Positions 1 to 10,088 of a DNA stretch of 64,000 bases are shown piece by piece. A model generated the notes under the pieces. It had not been told where the DNA came from. It did not search any database and saw nothing but the letters and a program-made list of their open reading frames with translations. The position numbers and the translations under genes are program-made. Numbering within the stretch: the stretch's first letter is position 1; each line of letters starts with the position of its first letter. Source of the DNA: an uncultured virus (IMG/VR IMGVR_UViG_3300025141_000033) (taxonomy: Duplodnaviria; Heunggongvirae; Uroviricota; Caudoviricetes); the IMG/VR virus record IMGVR_UViG_3300025141_000033, one strand, 5' to 3'.

Positions 1-646
1 TAAACCAGTCGTTATTTGGCTTGATGAGTTTACGGAAATCCTTGCGGATAGTCAATATTGGAAGGCTTGTTGGCTTTGTTGTCAGGCGACCGGTAACGGT
101 ACCAAAAAGATTATAGTCGACGTGCTTTGGTCCGTTGATAATATTGCGGGCCCGATTGCGATCAGTTGAATTATAGAACAGACTGGTGCAACCGTCGTTG
201 TTGAGATTAAGGGACTGATACTTGATCTTATGAAGAAGTCGGTGAACGCCATCGAGATGGTCGTAGTTTGGCGGCTTCTCGTAAGTATCAAAAACATGTT
301 CCGTCACTTGATTTTTAATCTCACAAAAGGTCTTTAAAAATCCATGTGGGACGAGATCAAAAAAGCAATGCTCTCGTAGATCAACTTTCGCAATATGGAA
401 TGTCTTCAAATAGGCGGCGAACTTTGCTTGGGCTGAATTGAGTTTCTTCAGCAATCCTTCAGGACATACCTGTGTCAGGTCCTGTCCTCTCGCGTATAGC
501 CAAGCGTACTCAACAGCAGGGTCACTGATCGAGCCCGAGTACTTCCAAGTCTTGGTCAAGTTCGCGGGGATCTTATCGAAATGGATCTCTCCATCTACAT
601 ATGTACCGACGCACTCAGTTTTGTCGTCGAGGGTTTGGAAAATCAA
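1..646 (-). CDS. Family-A DNA polymerase-like protein, 5' part (runs off the window; absent from the ORF track)
   Basis: Manual translation from TTG at 646, overlapping the TGA of 643..1839, is open to position 1: MIFQTLDDKTECVG...YNLFGTVTGRLTTKPTSLPILTIRKDFRKLIKPNNDWF. The T-TGRL and R..I.P..DW stretch matches the region just before PolA motif A. Confidence 0.7.
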   Translation of the reverse strand, partial: MIFQTLDDKTECVGTYVDGEIHFDKIPANLTKTWKYSGSISDPAVEYAWLYARGQDLTQVCPEGLLKKLNSAQAKFAAYLKTFHIAKVDLREHCFFDLVPHGFLKTFCEIKNQVTEHVFDTYEKPPNYDHLDGVHRLLHKIKYQSLNLNNDGCTSLFYNSTDRNRARNIINGPKHVDYNLFGTVTGRLTTKPTSLPILTIRKDFRKLIKPNNDWF

Positions 647-1839
647 TCTTGCTCCTGCTTCATAGCTTCTATATGTTCTTTAATATAACCCAAAGAGCCG
701 CGATAGTCAAGTGTTTTGTTGATAATTTTTTCAAATTTATCCAAAGCCATAGAGGATCCCTTCGCGTTGTAGATCTCCAGACAATCACTTATCAACTTTT
801 CCTTTTGAGAAGGAGTAAAGGAAGATTCTTCTTCCATAAGCCTCACTTTGAAATACATTTTGAGGAAATACTGCTCTGGGAATTGGTCGGAGAGAGAAGT
901 CAACGAATATCTCCTTGGCTTGACAATTTTTGATATCGTTGAGGTTCCGCATTGCTCTTGAACAAGAAAACTATCGGGCTTGTTTTCATTATACATCATT
1001 AGCAAGAAACTTTTAAACTTTCCATAGTAAGTTTTGTGGACTGTGGAGTATGAGGAGAACAAGAATCCTTCGCGGCTATTGTAGCCATACGATTTCGCTA
1101 AATCGTTGTGCGGGATCGAGGCTATATCCATCACAAGTCTCCAAGGTACCTCCTTATCGATCATAAATCCATATGAATTACAGGTATTTACATAAAATTG
1201 CCAGTTATCACTGCGCACAAACTGATTGATCTTGTTGTCATCGTTAGACATCTTGGCATCAGCAACTTCTATCACCAATCCAGAACTATAGACGGGGCAA
1301 TAGCGGCTTTTAATGTATGCCGGGTAGGTCATCGGGTAAGAGCGTATGATGGTTGGGAGGGAGATTTCGAGTTTTTGCATAAAATCTTTAAAATCAGTAA
1401 GATTTATACCCGTTTCTTTAAAGGCGGACCTCATAGAGCTTCTAAAGCCTATAAAATAATCATCGTAGCCCTTTCGAGGACTCTGATATGCTCTAAACGC
1501 TTTGATCTCGCTTAAATATGGGTGAGTGGCAGAGATCTCACCAAGAGCAAGTTTCTTTTTGAATTGGCGCGCCATTTCATTAAAAGAGTCGGCGGCTATA
1601 TTTGTTGCGAGGACAGGGGTGGATGAATCAGATGTCTGTTTGATCTCCTTTAGTGCGCGCTTTATTGGACGCACTGGAATATAATCAAAGTTGACTCGTC
1701 CGTATAGATACATCTCGCCAAAATTAAAATCAACAAGATTGCCTGTGTCGGAGCGGGTTATGTCAGATTGATAGATTGTTTTTTTATAAAACAAATCCTT
1801 GGTTGATTCTCCATTGCTCTCTTTGTAAAAAGTAGACAT
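643..1839 (-). CDS. Hypothetical protein, possibly a degenerate peptidase M15 (VanY-like) fold
   Basis: 398-aa ORF. AADSFNEM, FRAYQS and YGFMIDKEVPWR echo M15B motifs, but the zinc-ligand His residues are missing. Confidence 0.4.
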   Translation of the reverse strand: MSTFYKESNGESTKDLFYKKTIYQSDITRSDTGNLVDFNFGEMYLYGRVNFDYIPVRPIKRALKEIKQTSDSSTPVLATNIAADSFNEMARQFKKKLALGEISATHPYLSEIKAFRAYQSPRKGYDDYFIGFRSSMRSAFKETGINLTDFKDFMQKLEISLPTIIRSYPMTYPAYIKSRYCPVYSSGLVIEVADAKMSNDDNKINQFVRSDNWQFYVNTCNSYGFMIDKEVPWRLVMDIASIPHNDLAKSYGYNSREGFLFSSYSTVHKTYYGKFKSFLLMMYNENKPDSFLVQEQCGTSTISKIVKPRRYSLTSLSDQFPEQYFLKMYFKVRLMEEESSFTPSQKEKLISDCLEIYNAKGSSMALDKFEKIINKTLDYRGSLGYIKEHIEAMKQEQD

Positions 1840-1842
1840 CTC

Positions 1843-4800
1843 TTATCCTCTCCCTAATACTGTTTTGCAACGAGCCGGCTCTAATGAGCCATCACCAGAG
1901 GAGGCTTTTATCTCAGCCCCCCCTTCGACCTGTTCGTTCTCAATTTCAGCAACCCATTTAGCTGTTATCTCTGAATCTGCTCGGCCCGGTCCAAAAGAAT
2001 GCTCCGATCTGATAATCATACAGTAGCCGCCTATACCATATTGCGTTAGGTCGCTTAGCATCCCACCATCTACTTTCATGTTTGGGGCGAATCCGCGTGG
2101 GTCAACATATATGTATGTTCCAGGGAAAGTATTGACGTTGGCATAAGTTTTAATATTGACATCATATACTTCTCTAAGTTGCTCAAGTCCGTCGTACCCT
2201 TCCTGTTCAAATCTCACTTCTTTCAACCCTTTTGCTTCTGTTCTTGAAAGTTTGATCGTCTTAACGATTCCAGAGTCCTTCCCTATCAAGTAATGAAAGA
2301 TTCCGTTCTCTTCATCCTGGGTCCTCTCGCCCTTCATTGAGTCAGTCGGACGAAGGCGGCCGGCAGAATATATCAAATAGTTTATTTCTCTTGAGAGTCC
2401 AGGGTTTTTTATGTGCCTTTCTCCAGAAATATTTAATACTGAGTCGGCGTGTCCTAACTCTATTCTTTCTTGCCTCTCTGTTTTTATATTATCAACAGAG
2501 ATGTGCCCACCGAGAAGTCCGAAGTTGTCCTCAGAAGTTAAGTTCTGGCTATTGGCTACCTGGGTCAGTGCGTCTGGATCCTCTATAGTTGTCCTGAATC
2601 CCGTCACGGCGGCTTGATTCATTCTTATCTTTTGTTTGATTGAGTAATCGAAGCAGCCTTCCTGGCTCAAAAAGTTTCTCAACAAGTTGTTCACTACATC
2701 ACTTAGAAAGTTAGTCAACGTATAGACCTCTATCTCTCTTTTTGTAATCTGACCGGTGAGCCATTCAACAAAATACCTCACGGAGATCGGGATGTCTCCA
2801 ATACTAATGTGCTTGGAAACAGAGTCGTTTTTAGCATCTACTATCTCCATTGGACCAAGGACCACTCTAAACTTTTCAAAATTCTCCTTAAACTTTCTCA
2901 TTCTCATTGATGCTTTTTCTATCTCTTCTTTATATTCCGCTCTCTCTTCCTCATTAAGGATGAACGGATTTTCCTGATCGCTCATCAGGGCTATTGAATC
3001 AGGCGATATACTATCACTATTAATCTCCTTCGGCAGCGTATCAAGGGTGTCCTCTATTTTAAAAAGGATCGTATCAACAAGATCGCTCAAATAGAAGAAT
3101 GTTACATTTTCACTTTTTGCCGATGTGGTTACCAAAGAATCTCTCATTGTCTCATAGGCTGCGTCGTCTAATTTCTGGTCCGGCTTGGCATGCGCAGAAA
3201 AAGTGTCCATAAACGCTTCGGTAATCTCTGTGCGCGTCTTATCAAGTGTCGCTTCGTTAGTAGAGCGATTGTTGATCTCTAAAGATGTAGAGCTGTAATC
3301 AAAGAAGGGTCCACTGGTGAGGAAATCTGTGAGCAATCCTCTTTCAATATTGATATAGTGGATAGCATCCCTCTCATAAAGGTCCAGGACTAAGCTCTGT
3401 ACTCCTTCTATTTTGTCTAAAGTTATATAAGGGGCGCGGGCGTTCTTCTCCTCTGAATACTTTTCGGAGCCGCAACGCTTTCTAATCTGCTTCAATTCTA
3501 ATTTTCGCTTCTCTCTTCTAAACGAGGCGGTCTTATCAGAGAAGATGTCAAAGCTATTTTGGTCGAAGAAATCTTCGACATAGGCAAAATATTCTATAGT
3601 AAAGTTGACTCGCCCTTGATCGTCAATATCAAAATTATGGACAACAGGGGTGAGATTCAGCGTAACAAACGACTTATCTATCGCGTCCCTAACGTCGGGA
3701 CTCAAAATAGTATTCTTATTTAGAGAAGCCCAGCCAACAACTGCCTTGAGCCGAAAGTTTAATTTAAACAATTCTTGAATCTTCTGCTTCCGGAGAACCT
3801 CATCTTTGGTGAGACCGGATGCCACGAGCTGCTCAAGGGCTTTCGAGGTGCCTGTTTTAAGTGCGAGATCGATATAACGATATTCACCCCTGTCTTCTAA
3901 AAGTTCATCAAAAGTGTTGGCAAATATACTTAAACGGGCTTTGATGCTTTTCTTGATGGCGAAAGGATTGGAACCCTCATAACTAAATGAAAAGTTCTTA
4001 ATACCTACGCCAAAGCCACGGCTTCCACCTGATGTCATCATTCTATCGACAGCTGTGGCTCCGTTGTCGTTTAGGACCCCAGCGTGGGAATCGAAATTAA
4101 GCTCCACTTCTTTTTGCAGTTCTTCGCCTTCTTGTGGATTAAGTGAATTATCAATAACCTTATAGAGGCGGATGCTTGGTTGAAGCGAGGAGATCTCTGC
4201 GTTTTTTATATCGAAAAGGCTTGATTGCTTGGGACTTTGAGTCAACAAATTCATGAAGCCAAAGGGCTCACCTTCGACAAGAATGCTCGCATTGTTGTCT
4301 TTACCGTTGTAGGGGAGATCTCTTGTTTTTGTATTTTCTGAAGCAATGTCTATAATATTTGATAGTAGGAAGCACTGCTCTCTGAATAGAACCTTATTAG
4401 GGTTCCCTACTGTGAAGTTTGATAAACTAGCTGCTTCTTTTTCCTCCTTATCTCGCGCAACCATCAATGAATAGTCGCGAGCTATTTGGGCGCCGGCGTC
4501 AGTGTAAAGCGTGCCCATTTGCCCTGGGATGCCTTCGCTGCGCAGGAGGCTGGATGACTCAGGTAAGGGAATGAGTTTACCGTGTTCAAGCCGAAGTTCC
4601 GCCAAGTAATCGACCTGGAGGCGCATTTGATCGAGGCGTTTCTGGGCTCGGATACTCGCTTCGATCACGAGGGTGTAGTCTTTAGAAAGTTCTTGTGCGC
4701 CTTGGGAATCTACTTGGTTACGGGCAAGGCGAACGTGAGAGTCCAAGGCTGTAAGACCTGAAGTAAAGCTATCAAGTCGAGCTTTTGTTGTGTTGTTGCC

Positions 4801-5115
4801 ATAATCCAAAACAGACATGGGACCTTGCTTCGGATCCGATGGATCTGGAATCCCCGTGTTATACATTTGCGGTGATGCTGTCATCTCAAACACATTCTCC
4901 GATACTGTCTTCACTACAGAATCACCAGATTCAGCGGGGGTCAGGACATCTACAATCTCTCTAATATCGCTATCGTATTCTCTCTCAATCTCCACCACAT
5001 TTTCATAAATTTCAAGAATTTTACAGCCGTTGTCGGCTACCCAGTCTACAACCGCTTCTGGAACATCTGCTCCCACGAGGGTTAAACACTCGGAGGATTT
5101 TTCTTTCTCTGCCAT
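1843..5115 (-). CDS. Putative baseplate hub protein
   Basis: 1090 aa. Follows the tape measure, tube-initiator and LysM-like genes. C-terminal GGYCMIIRSEHSF resembles hub (gp27/gpD-like) C-termini. Confidence 0.5.
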   Translation of the reverse strand: MAEKEKSSECLTLVGADVPEAVVDWVADNGCKILEIYENVVEIEREYDSDIREIVDVLTPAESGDSVVKTVSENVFEMTASPQMYNTGIPDPSDPKQGPMSVLDYGNNTTKARLDSFTSGLTALDSHVRLARNQVDSQGAQELSKDYTLVIEASIRAQKRLDQMRLQVDYLAELRLEHGKLIPLPESSSLLRSEGIPGQMGTLYTDAGAQIARDYSLMVARDKEEKEAASLSNFTVGNPNKVLFREQCFLLSNIIDIASENTKTRDLPYNGKDNNASILVEGEPFGFMNLLTQSPKQSSLFDIKNAEISSLQPSIRLYKVIDNSLNPQEGEELQKEVELNFDSHAGVLNDNGATAVDRMMTSGGSRGFGVGIKNFSFSYEGSNPFAIKKSIKARLSIFANTFDELLEDRGEYRYIDLALKTGTSKALEQLVASGLTKDEVLRKQKIQELFKLNFRLKAVVGWASLNKNTILSPDVRDAIDKSFVTLNLTPVVHNFDIDDQGRVNFTIEYFAYVEDFFDQNSFDIFSDKTASFRREKRKLELKQIRKRCGSEKYSEEKNARAPYITLDKIEGVQSLVLDLYERDAIHYINIERGLLTDFLTSGPFFDYSSTSLEINNRSTNEATLDKTRTEITEAFMDTFSAHAKPDQKLDDAAYETMRDSLVTTSAKSENVTFFYLSDLVDTILFKIEDTLDTLPKEINSDSISPDSIALMSDQENPFILNEEERAEYKEEIEKASMRMRKFKENFEKFRVVLGPMEIVDAKNDSVSKHISIGDIPISVRYFVEWLTGQITKREIEVYTLTNFLSDVVNNLLRNFLSQEGCFDYSIKQKIRMNQAAVTGFRTTIEDPDALTQVANSQNLTSEDNFGLLGGHISVDNIKTERQERIELGHADSVLNISGERHIKNPGLSREINYLIYSAGRLRPTDSMKGERTQDEENGIFHYLIGKDSGIVKTIKLSRTEAKGLKEVRFEQEGYDGLEQLREVYDVNIKTYANVNTFPGTYIYVDPRGFAPNMKVDGGMLSDLTQYGIGGYCMIIRSEHSFGPGRADSEITAKWVAEIENEQVEGGAEIKASSGDGSLEPARCKTVLGRG

Positions 5116-5116
5116 T

Positions 5117-5455
5117 TTAAGCCCCCAAGATCTTTAATACCGCTTCTATGTTGATCGGTATCTCTATCGCAGTTCCAGTCTTTAGGGAAGCCTCTGTTGG
5201 GGAGGCGTTATACCACGCAATGACCCACCATAATTCAGGGTCTCCATAATATTGATCTGCGAGGGCGTAGAGTCGGTCTCCATACGACCATATATGAGTA
5301 CTCGTCTTAAGACTGGCTCGTTCAGCAATCGTCGGATTATGCAACTTTGGTGTCGCATAATGACGGAGGTTGTTTTTACTCTCTCTTTCTTCACGCAAAG
5401 ATTTGTGGAAGTCATTGGAGTTATTTAGTACTTTAGTTTTATTATATCGTGCCAT
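5117..5455 (-). CDS. LysM-like baseplate protein (T4 gp53/P2 gpX-like)
   Basis: GDRLYALADQYYGDPELWWVIAWYN motif; position in the tail module. Confidence 0.75.
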   Translation of the reverse strand: MARYNKTKVLNNSNDFHKSLREERESKNNLRHYATPKLHNPTIAERASLKTSTHIWSYGDRLYALADQYYGDPELWWVIAWYNASPTEASLKTGTAIEIPINIEAVLKILGA

Positions 5456-5470
5456 TGTTTTTGTTACTCG

Positions 5471-6373
5471 CTATTCTATGTCTACCGGTATTATATCCTC
5501 CTCAAACTGTGAATCTTCAAGTATGGGAGTTATTGTTCCAGCGGCTCTGTCAGTAGCCGCGTGGGCGTTGTCTTCGGAGGCAGGGGTGGAAGCTTCGGGA
5601 TCAGAAAGCGCTGGAACGGGAGCGGAGGGCAGCTCATCTGGTGACAGAGCCACGCCATACGGAAAAAGCTCGTTCTTAAAGGTTCCGGCTTCTTCGTAGC
5701 CAAGCGCGATTTCGTGAATAGGATTGAAGTCCATAGTGACCACAATCAACTTCGGAAGAATCGTGTTCTTCTTTCCGATTGGCATAAATGCGCCAGCATC
5801 GGGATTGTTGAGGTTATGATCGATAGTCAGGGCGCCGATCCACCCAAGCATACCATTTTCGGCGTCTGAGCCTGAAGATGTGTACAGCTCATAAGTGCTT
5901 CTTGGGGTGGGGGCTTCCGCCTCTTCTTCTAAATTATTAAGGGCGAAATCATTACCATTCGAAAGAAGGTTCATAACTTTTAAACGAACAAGGGGTGATT
6001 GAGCGATAGTTTGTGCTTGATCAACATTTTTATAATCAGGATACAAAAACTGGGTCAGTTTTGAGACTTTTCCCAAGTTCTCGTATGCTTCGCCGACTGT
6101 GGCGGCGGGTACCTTAAAGGTTAGTGATATTCTTCGGGTAGTATTCTTGAAAAGGTAGATAGGATCCACGCGACCATAAACTGACTCGGCCGACCAGTCG
6201 GGATTGAAAGTATCCGTGTAAGCTTCGATGAAAGCCTTGAAGGAGACATTTTTACCTGAGTTTTGGTGCTTGAAGGAAATGACCATCTCGCGGTCTTGGG
6301 CCAATGCATCCGAACCATCAATGAGAGGACCAGGGGCGTCACTATACTTTCTTACATTAAAATCGTTAGACAT
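5471..6373 (-). CDS. Tail tube initiator / baseplate tube-like protein
   Basis: W..ESVYGRVDPIYLFKNTTRRISLTF motif; immediately after the tape measure gene. Confidence 0.55.
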   Translation of the reverse strand: MSNDFNVRKYSDAPGPLIDGSDALAQDREMVISFKHQNSGKNVSFKAFIEAYTDTFNPDWSAESVYGRVDPIYLFKNTTRRISLTFKVPAATVGEAYENLGKVSKLTQFLYPDYKNVDQAQTIAQSPLVRLKVMNLLSNGNDFALNNLEEEAEAPTPRSTYELYTSSGSDAENGMLGWIGALTIDHNLNNPDAGAFMPIGKKNTILPKLIVVTMDFNPIHEIALGYEEAGTFKNELFPYGVALSPDELPSAPVPALSDPEASTPASEDNAHAATDRAAGTITPILEDSQFEEDIIPVDIE

Positions 6374-6388
6374 TCATCATATTCCTTA

Positions 6389-8266
6389 TTAATCTTGGCC
6401 GACCACTGCGTTGACTACGCCACCACCTTGGCTGACTCTCAATACCTTCGTCAGTTTCTCTTCGCCAATGCCGACATTCATGTGAAAGACGTTATCTCCC
6501 TGGGCGGTGCGGTTGGCGGCTTCGCGGCGTGCGTTTGCCTCGCCACGTGTGGATGCGTTTACAGAGGAGCGTTGCATACGGGCGGAATCAAGTGTTGGTG
6601 GATTTGAAATCTTATCAGCTATCGCTTTTGTGGGCGGGGTCGCTCCCAACTCGCCGAGGGCACCGAGACCACTAAGAGCGGCGACCGCACCCGTGAAGGC
6701 TCCAATTCCTACTCCCCATGGACCGAAGGCGGCACCGATGGTGGCGCCTTTAATCGCCCCCGCTACCACAAGCATAACCTTCATAAGGAGCATTGCTTTA
6801 TCGGCGTTTTCGCCAATCCAGAGCGCCATGTTCTTTAAATTTTCAATCAAAGGCAACAATATCGGCGTCATTTCGGCTATAGCCGCTTGTAATGCTTGTT
6901 GGACGGTTAACATCGACTGAGCATTTTGCTTCATAGCCAATAGCTCATCACTGTTCTTGCCCATGTCTCCAGCCAAGGAATCCATATCGCCGGAAAGCAT
7001 TTGTGCCAGTTCTCCAACGTCACCAAGACCAGCTGCTTCAGTATAAAACTTCTTCTGGTAGTAACTCATGCTATCGAATGATAATCCAGCATCAAGAATA
7101 GAATCTCGCAACATCTCAAAGCGAGCCATGGGATCGGTCTCCATCATCAGGTCCATGGCATTAACAAAGTTTCCGCCCAAGGCAGCGTTAAGCATACCTG
7201 CTTGTTTGGCGGCACCTTCGAATGTGTCGAACTTCTCAACAACATTCAGAATCTTTGAAACTTCCATACCTGTGACCTTAGAGGCGATGGCCAAGCGCTT
7301 GAATGCGTCAACACCGTCTGTTCCGAATTTAGCCATTGATGAGCCGGCGCCGGCAAAGTTAGCTGCCATGGTTTCGGGGGCGACGCCAATATCTTGTGCA
7401 AGGGCAACAAGTTGAAGCTGTGTTTCTGCTGCGGCATCGGCAGATTGTCCGAAGAATTTGGTGGAGTTCTGAACGCCCTGTGCGAAGGAATCATTGGAGA
7501 CTCCAAGCTTGCTCAAGGTCGCTGCCGTATCTGTTAGGGCGCGCCTCTGGGTAGGGAGGATCATAGTAAAGTCAGTGAAAGTCTTGTGGAGAGATTGCAT
7601 AGCTTTGCTATTCTCTTCTATCGATACACCGTATCTGCGGTTGGCTTCATATACTGTAGTCAAATCTCTTGCAAACGCCTGAGACGCACCGGTGGCTTTC
7701 CGAAGTGCATTCTCACTCTCATAGAGGGAGCCTGCCATGTTAATCATGTTGGCGACAAACTGGGCACCAATGGTTGTCAAAGCAGTGGAAATCCCCTTAA
7801 GGGATCCGCCCATATTTTTGAAGGCGCCAGCTATTGAATCGATTCCCTTCTCGATATCACTACCAGTGACGGACTTTGAGAATTCGCTGCTTAGCGTGAT
7901 ATTTGCGCTTATGTTATTGCCAAGCTTTTCCCAGGCAAGTTCAGCGGTGCGGGCGCGATCCTCAGTAAGTTTTGTTTTCTTGTTAAGTTCGTCAAGCTCC
8001 TTGTTAAGTTCTTTTAACTTCTCAGCCTCAGAAGAGTCTCTCTTAGCGGAGTTACGAGCGTCTTTTTCAGCTTCGGCGATGTCTTTTGTCAACTTGAGTC
8101 TTTTTTCTGCCAGCTCGGCGAGCAGCTTGGCATGCGCTTCTGCTTTTTCATAGGACTCCCCTGAGGCGTCTTTAGAAGCTGCCTTGGTAGATTCCTGGAA
8201 GCCCTCAAGAGTCTTCTTGAGTTCGTTCAGAGTGCTTATTAATACTTCACTGTCGTTTGGTGGCAC
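6389..8266 (-). CDS. Tape measure protein
   Basis: 625 aa, Ala/Gly-rich and helical, with a hydrophobic GAAFGPWGVGIGAFTGAV stretch; lies downstream of the tube and chaperone genes. Confidence 0.75.
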   Translation of the reverse strand: MPPNDSEVLISTLNELKKTLEGFQESTKAASKDASGESYEKAEAHAKLLAELAEKRLKLTKDIAEAEKDARNSAKRDSSEAEKLKELNKELDELNKKTKLTEDRARTAELAWEKLGNNISANITLSSEFSKSVTGSDIEKGIDSIAGAFKNMGGSLKGISTALTTIGAQFVANMINMAGSLYESENALRKATGASQAFARDLTTVYEANRRYGVSIEENSKAMQSLHKTFTDFTMILPTQRRALTDTAATLSKLGVSNDSFAQGVQNSTKFFGQSADAAAETQLQLVALAQDIGVAPETMAANFAGAGSSMAKFGTDGVDAFKRLAIASKVTGMEVSKILNVVEKFDTFEGAAKQAGMLNAALGGNFVNAMDLMMETDPMARFEMLRDSILDAGLSFDSMSYYQKKFYTEAAGLGDVGELAQMLSGDMDSLAGDMGKNSDELLAMKQNAQSMLTVQQALQAAIAEMTPILLPLIENLKNMALWIGENADKAMLLMKVMLVVAGAIKGATIGAAFGPWGVGIGAFTGAVAALSGLGALGELGATPPTKAIADKISNPPTLDSARMQRSSVNASTRGEANARREAANRTAQGDNVFHMNVGIGEEKLTKVLRVSQGGGVVNAVVGQD

Positions 8267-8293
8267 AGGTGGACCCTCTGTTGTTCTCTAAGT

Positions 8294-8301
8294 TAAATAG
8301 T
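8294..8301 (-). promoter_or_regulatory. Putative late promoter ACTATTTA upstream of the tape measure gene
   Basis: One of many intergenic copies of the same motif; directly after a terminator. Confidence 0.6.
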
Positions 8302-8310
8302 TTGGCATAG

Positions 8311-8336
8311 AAAAAGACCAAGCAGCTGCTTGGTCT
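8311..8336 (-). terminator. Intrinsic terminator
   Basis: Palindrome AGACCAAGCAGCTGCTTGGTCT followed by a T-run, right after the stop of 8337. Confidence 0.75.
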
Positions 8337-8595
8337 CTATTTCTTTCTATACTGCTGTGGGATCGACGGTTGATTGTGCGGGGTGAGTTCTTGAGAAGCA
8401 CCGTTGTTACCGCGTGATGCGTTTTCGATCGCCTCCTTCTCCATCTCTAATTGCTTGAGAAGCCTGTCGACAAACCACTTCCTCAATCCGAGGGGAAGGT
8501 TATAAGATTCTGTGAGCGACCAACCCCCTGAGTATTTCAGGAAGAAGAACTGCTCATAGACATTCTCCATATACTCACTGGTCAGGCCAAAAAAA
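8337..8595 (-). CDS. Tail assembly chaperone second ORF (T4 gp51-like / GT-type extension); ATG at 8570 or entry by frameshift
   Basis: YSGGWSLTESYNLPLGLRKWFVDRL motif; its frame opens across the T7 run at the end of the upstream gene. Confidence 0.6.
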
Positions 8596-9432
8596 GTCCG
8601 CTGACAACGGAACCTCCAGTTCCTGTTCGTGTTCACACTCAGCACAAGTAAAGCCTTGGCTAAGGTTCAACGCAGGAGCCGCTTGGCGGTACACGTTCCT
8701 AAGATGGCGAGAATCCGCTGAGGGGAGGTTCTCTACAACATAGTCTATAGCCTCGGTGGTCGTGTTATTGTTCACGGAGACAATTATATTTCTCAATTGA
8801 TCTGTTATGTTCGATTCTTCTTCGTTTTTCTTATTCTTGCTTGAAGTAGTGAATCCCTTGATCAACCTCCTCTCATCGACTCCAGTAAGAAGCTTGAATC
8901 TAATATTCAATTGAGTTCTAGGAAGTGATAGATCGAATGTTCCATCATCATTGTTTACAAGGTCTTCGTGTTCAAAGGGCTCGTTGCTGATACTTGCGGC
9001 GCTGTTCAAATCAAATGAGAAATTCTGGTTGTCTCCACACGCTGGGCAAGTCACCGATGTGTTATACTCGCTTCCATATCCGGAGACTCGGGTAGCGATA
9101 ATGATTGCGTTTCTATCTCCGACTAACAAAGAGTCTGTATCGATATTCTTGTCGATGATAACACTTTGAATGACTCGATCGAGAGCTACACCCTTCTTGA
9201 GTAGAGTGCGAGAGGTTAAGATATCCTCTTCTTTCGCTGTCATTTGTTTAATCTCAATGCTATCCTGTCCATGTAGCGGATGGTCAGAAGGGTAGAAAGC
9301 TCCCTTAGACGGAAGATCTACATATTCTGTTGGGACAATGAATGAAAAAGTTGCCTCGGGGGACGATGCTTGGGGCGCGGGGTCGGCACTCGTTGTGTGC
9401 GACCCACCCACGCGATCTTTATTTCTAGACAA
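8575..9432 (-). CDS. Baseplate hub assembly / tail chaperone (T4 gp26-like)
   Basis: VDLPSKG, MTAKEEDIL, two CxxC pairs (CPAC, CAEC), ends in FFWP; lies between the tube and tape measure genes. Confidence 0.7.
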   Translation of the reverse strand: MSRNKDRVGGSHTTSADPAPQASSPEATFSFIVPTEYVDLPSKGAFYPSDHPLHGQDSIEIKQMTAKEEDILTSRTLLKKGVALDRVIQSVIIDKNIDTDSLLVGDRNAIIIATRVSGYGSEYNTSVTCPACGDNQNFSFDLNSAASISNEPFEHEDLVNNDDGTFDLSLPRTQLNIRFKLLTGVDERRLIKGFTTSSKNKKNEEESNITDQLRNIIVSVNNNTTTEAIDYVVENLPSADSRHLRNVYRQAAPALNLSQGFTCAECEHEQELEVPLSADFFWPDQ

Positions 9433-9467
9433 TATACACCTCGTTTGTTATTTGCTTTGTCTTACTT

Positions 9468-10052
9468 TCAGACGCCGAAGAACTCGGAGCCACCGCTGGT
9501 CACTGCGGAAGATTCGTTGGCTGTCTCAACTCGGGCCCAGTCATACTTAAGAGTGACAGAAAGCTCAGATAGAGAGTCATCGCCGTAAGTAAGTTCTCCG
9601 AAACTAAGCTCGGAGATGAAGGGGTTCCAAAGAGTCCAAGTCTCAAGAGGGTTACCATCTGCATCAATCTGAGTGATAAGAACGGTACCAAGAGCCGAGG
9701 CTGCCTTAGCCTTGGAGATTGTCCCCAAGGAGTCGGCGTTAGTTGGAGGAGCGTAGCCGCCTTGAGCGACAATATCAGAAAGAGTGGCGGTCATATCAGG
9801 ATCGACTGGGTCGACCAGAGTAAGACTGACATCATTCCAAGTCACGTTACCTGGGTAATGGAACGTGTGGTTAAGGTACTGGTGCTCAGCGGCAGAGATT
9901 GTGAAAGAGGGCTTTGAAACCGTCTTTGCGAACCAAAGTTGGGCTCCACCCTGGGCTGCGGAGATTCCTTGGAACTCCACGGTAAACCTAAATACTCTCT
10001 TGGGATCTTTGAGGGTACTGTCTCCGCTGAAATCTTGTGACCAAAAAGGCAT
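9468..10052 (-). CDS. Tail tube protein (T4 gp19-like)
   Basis: 194 aa directly after the sheath gene; DPKR.FRF, WNDVSLTLVDP and YDWA motifs. Confidence 0.8.
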   Translation of the reverse strand: MPFWSQDFSGDSTLKDPKRVFRFTVEFQGISAAQGGAQLWFAKTVSKPSFTISAAEHQYLNHTFHYPGNVTWNDVSLTLVDPVDPDMTATLSDIVAQGGYAPPTNADSLGTISKAKAASALGTVLITQIDADGNPLETWTLWNPFISELSFGELTYGDDSLSELSVTLKYDWARVETANESSAVTSGGSEFFGV

Positions 10053-10074
10053 AATTTATAACTCCTGTTTATTT

Positions 10075-10082
10075 TAAATAGT
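10075..10082 (-). promoter_or_regulatory. Putative late promoter ACTATTTA upstream of the tail tube gene
   Basis: Motif copy followed by an AGGAG RBS and ATG. Confidence 0.6.
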
Positions 10083-10088
10083 TAGTGC

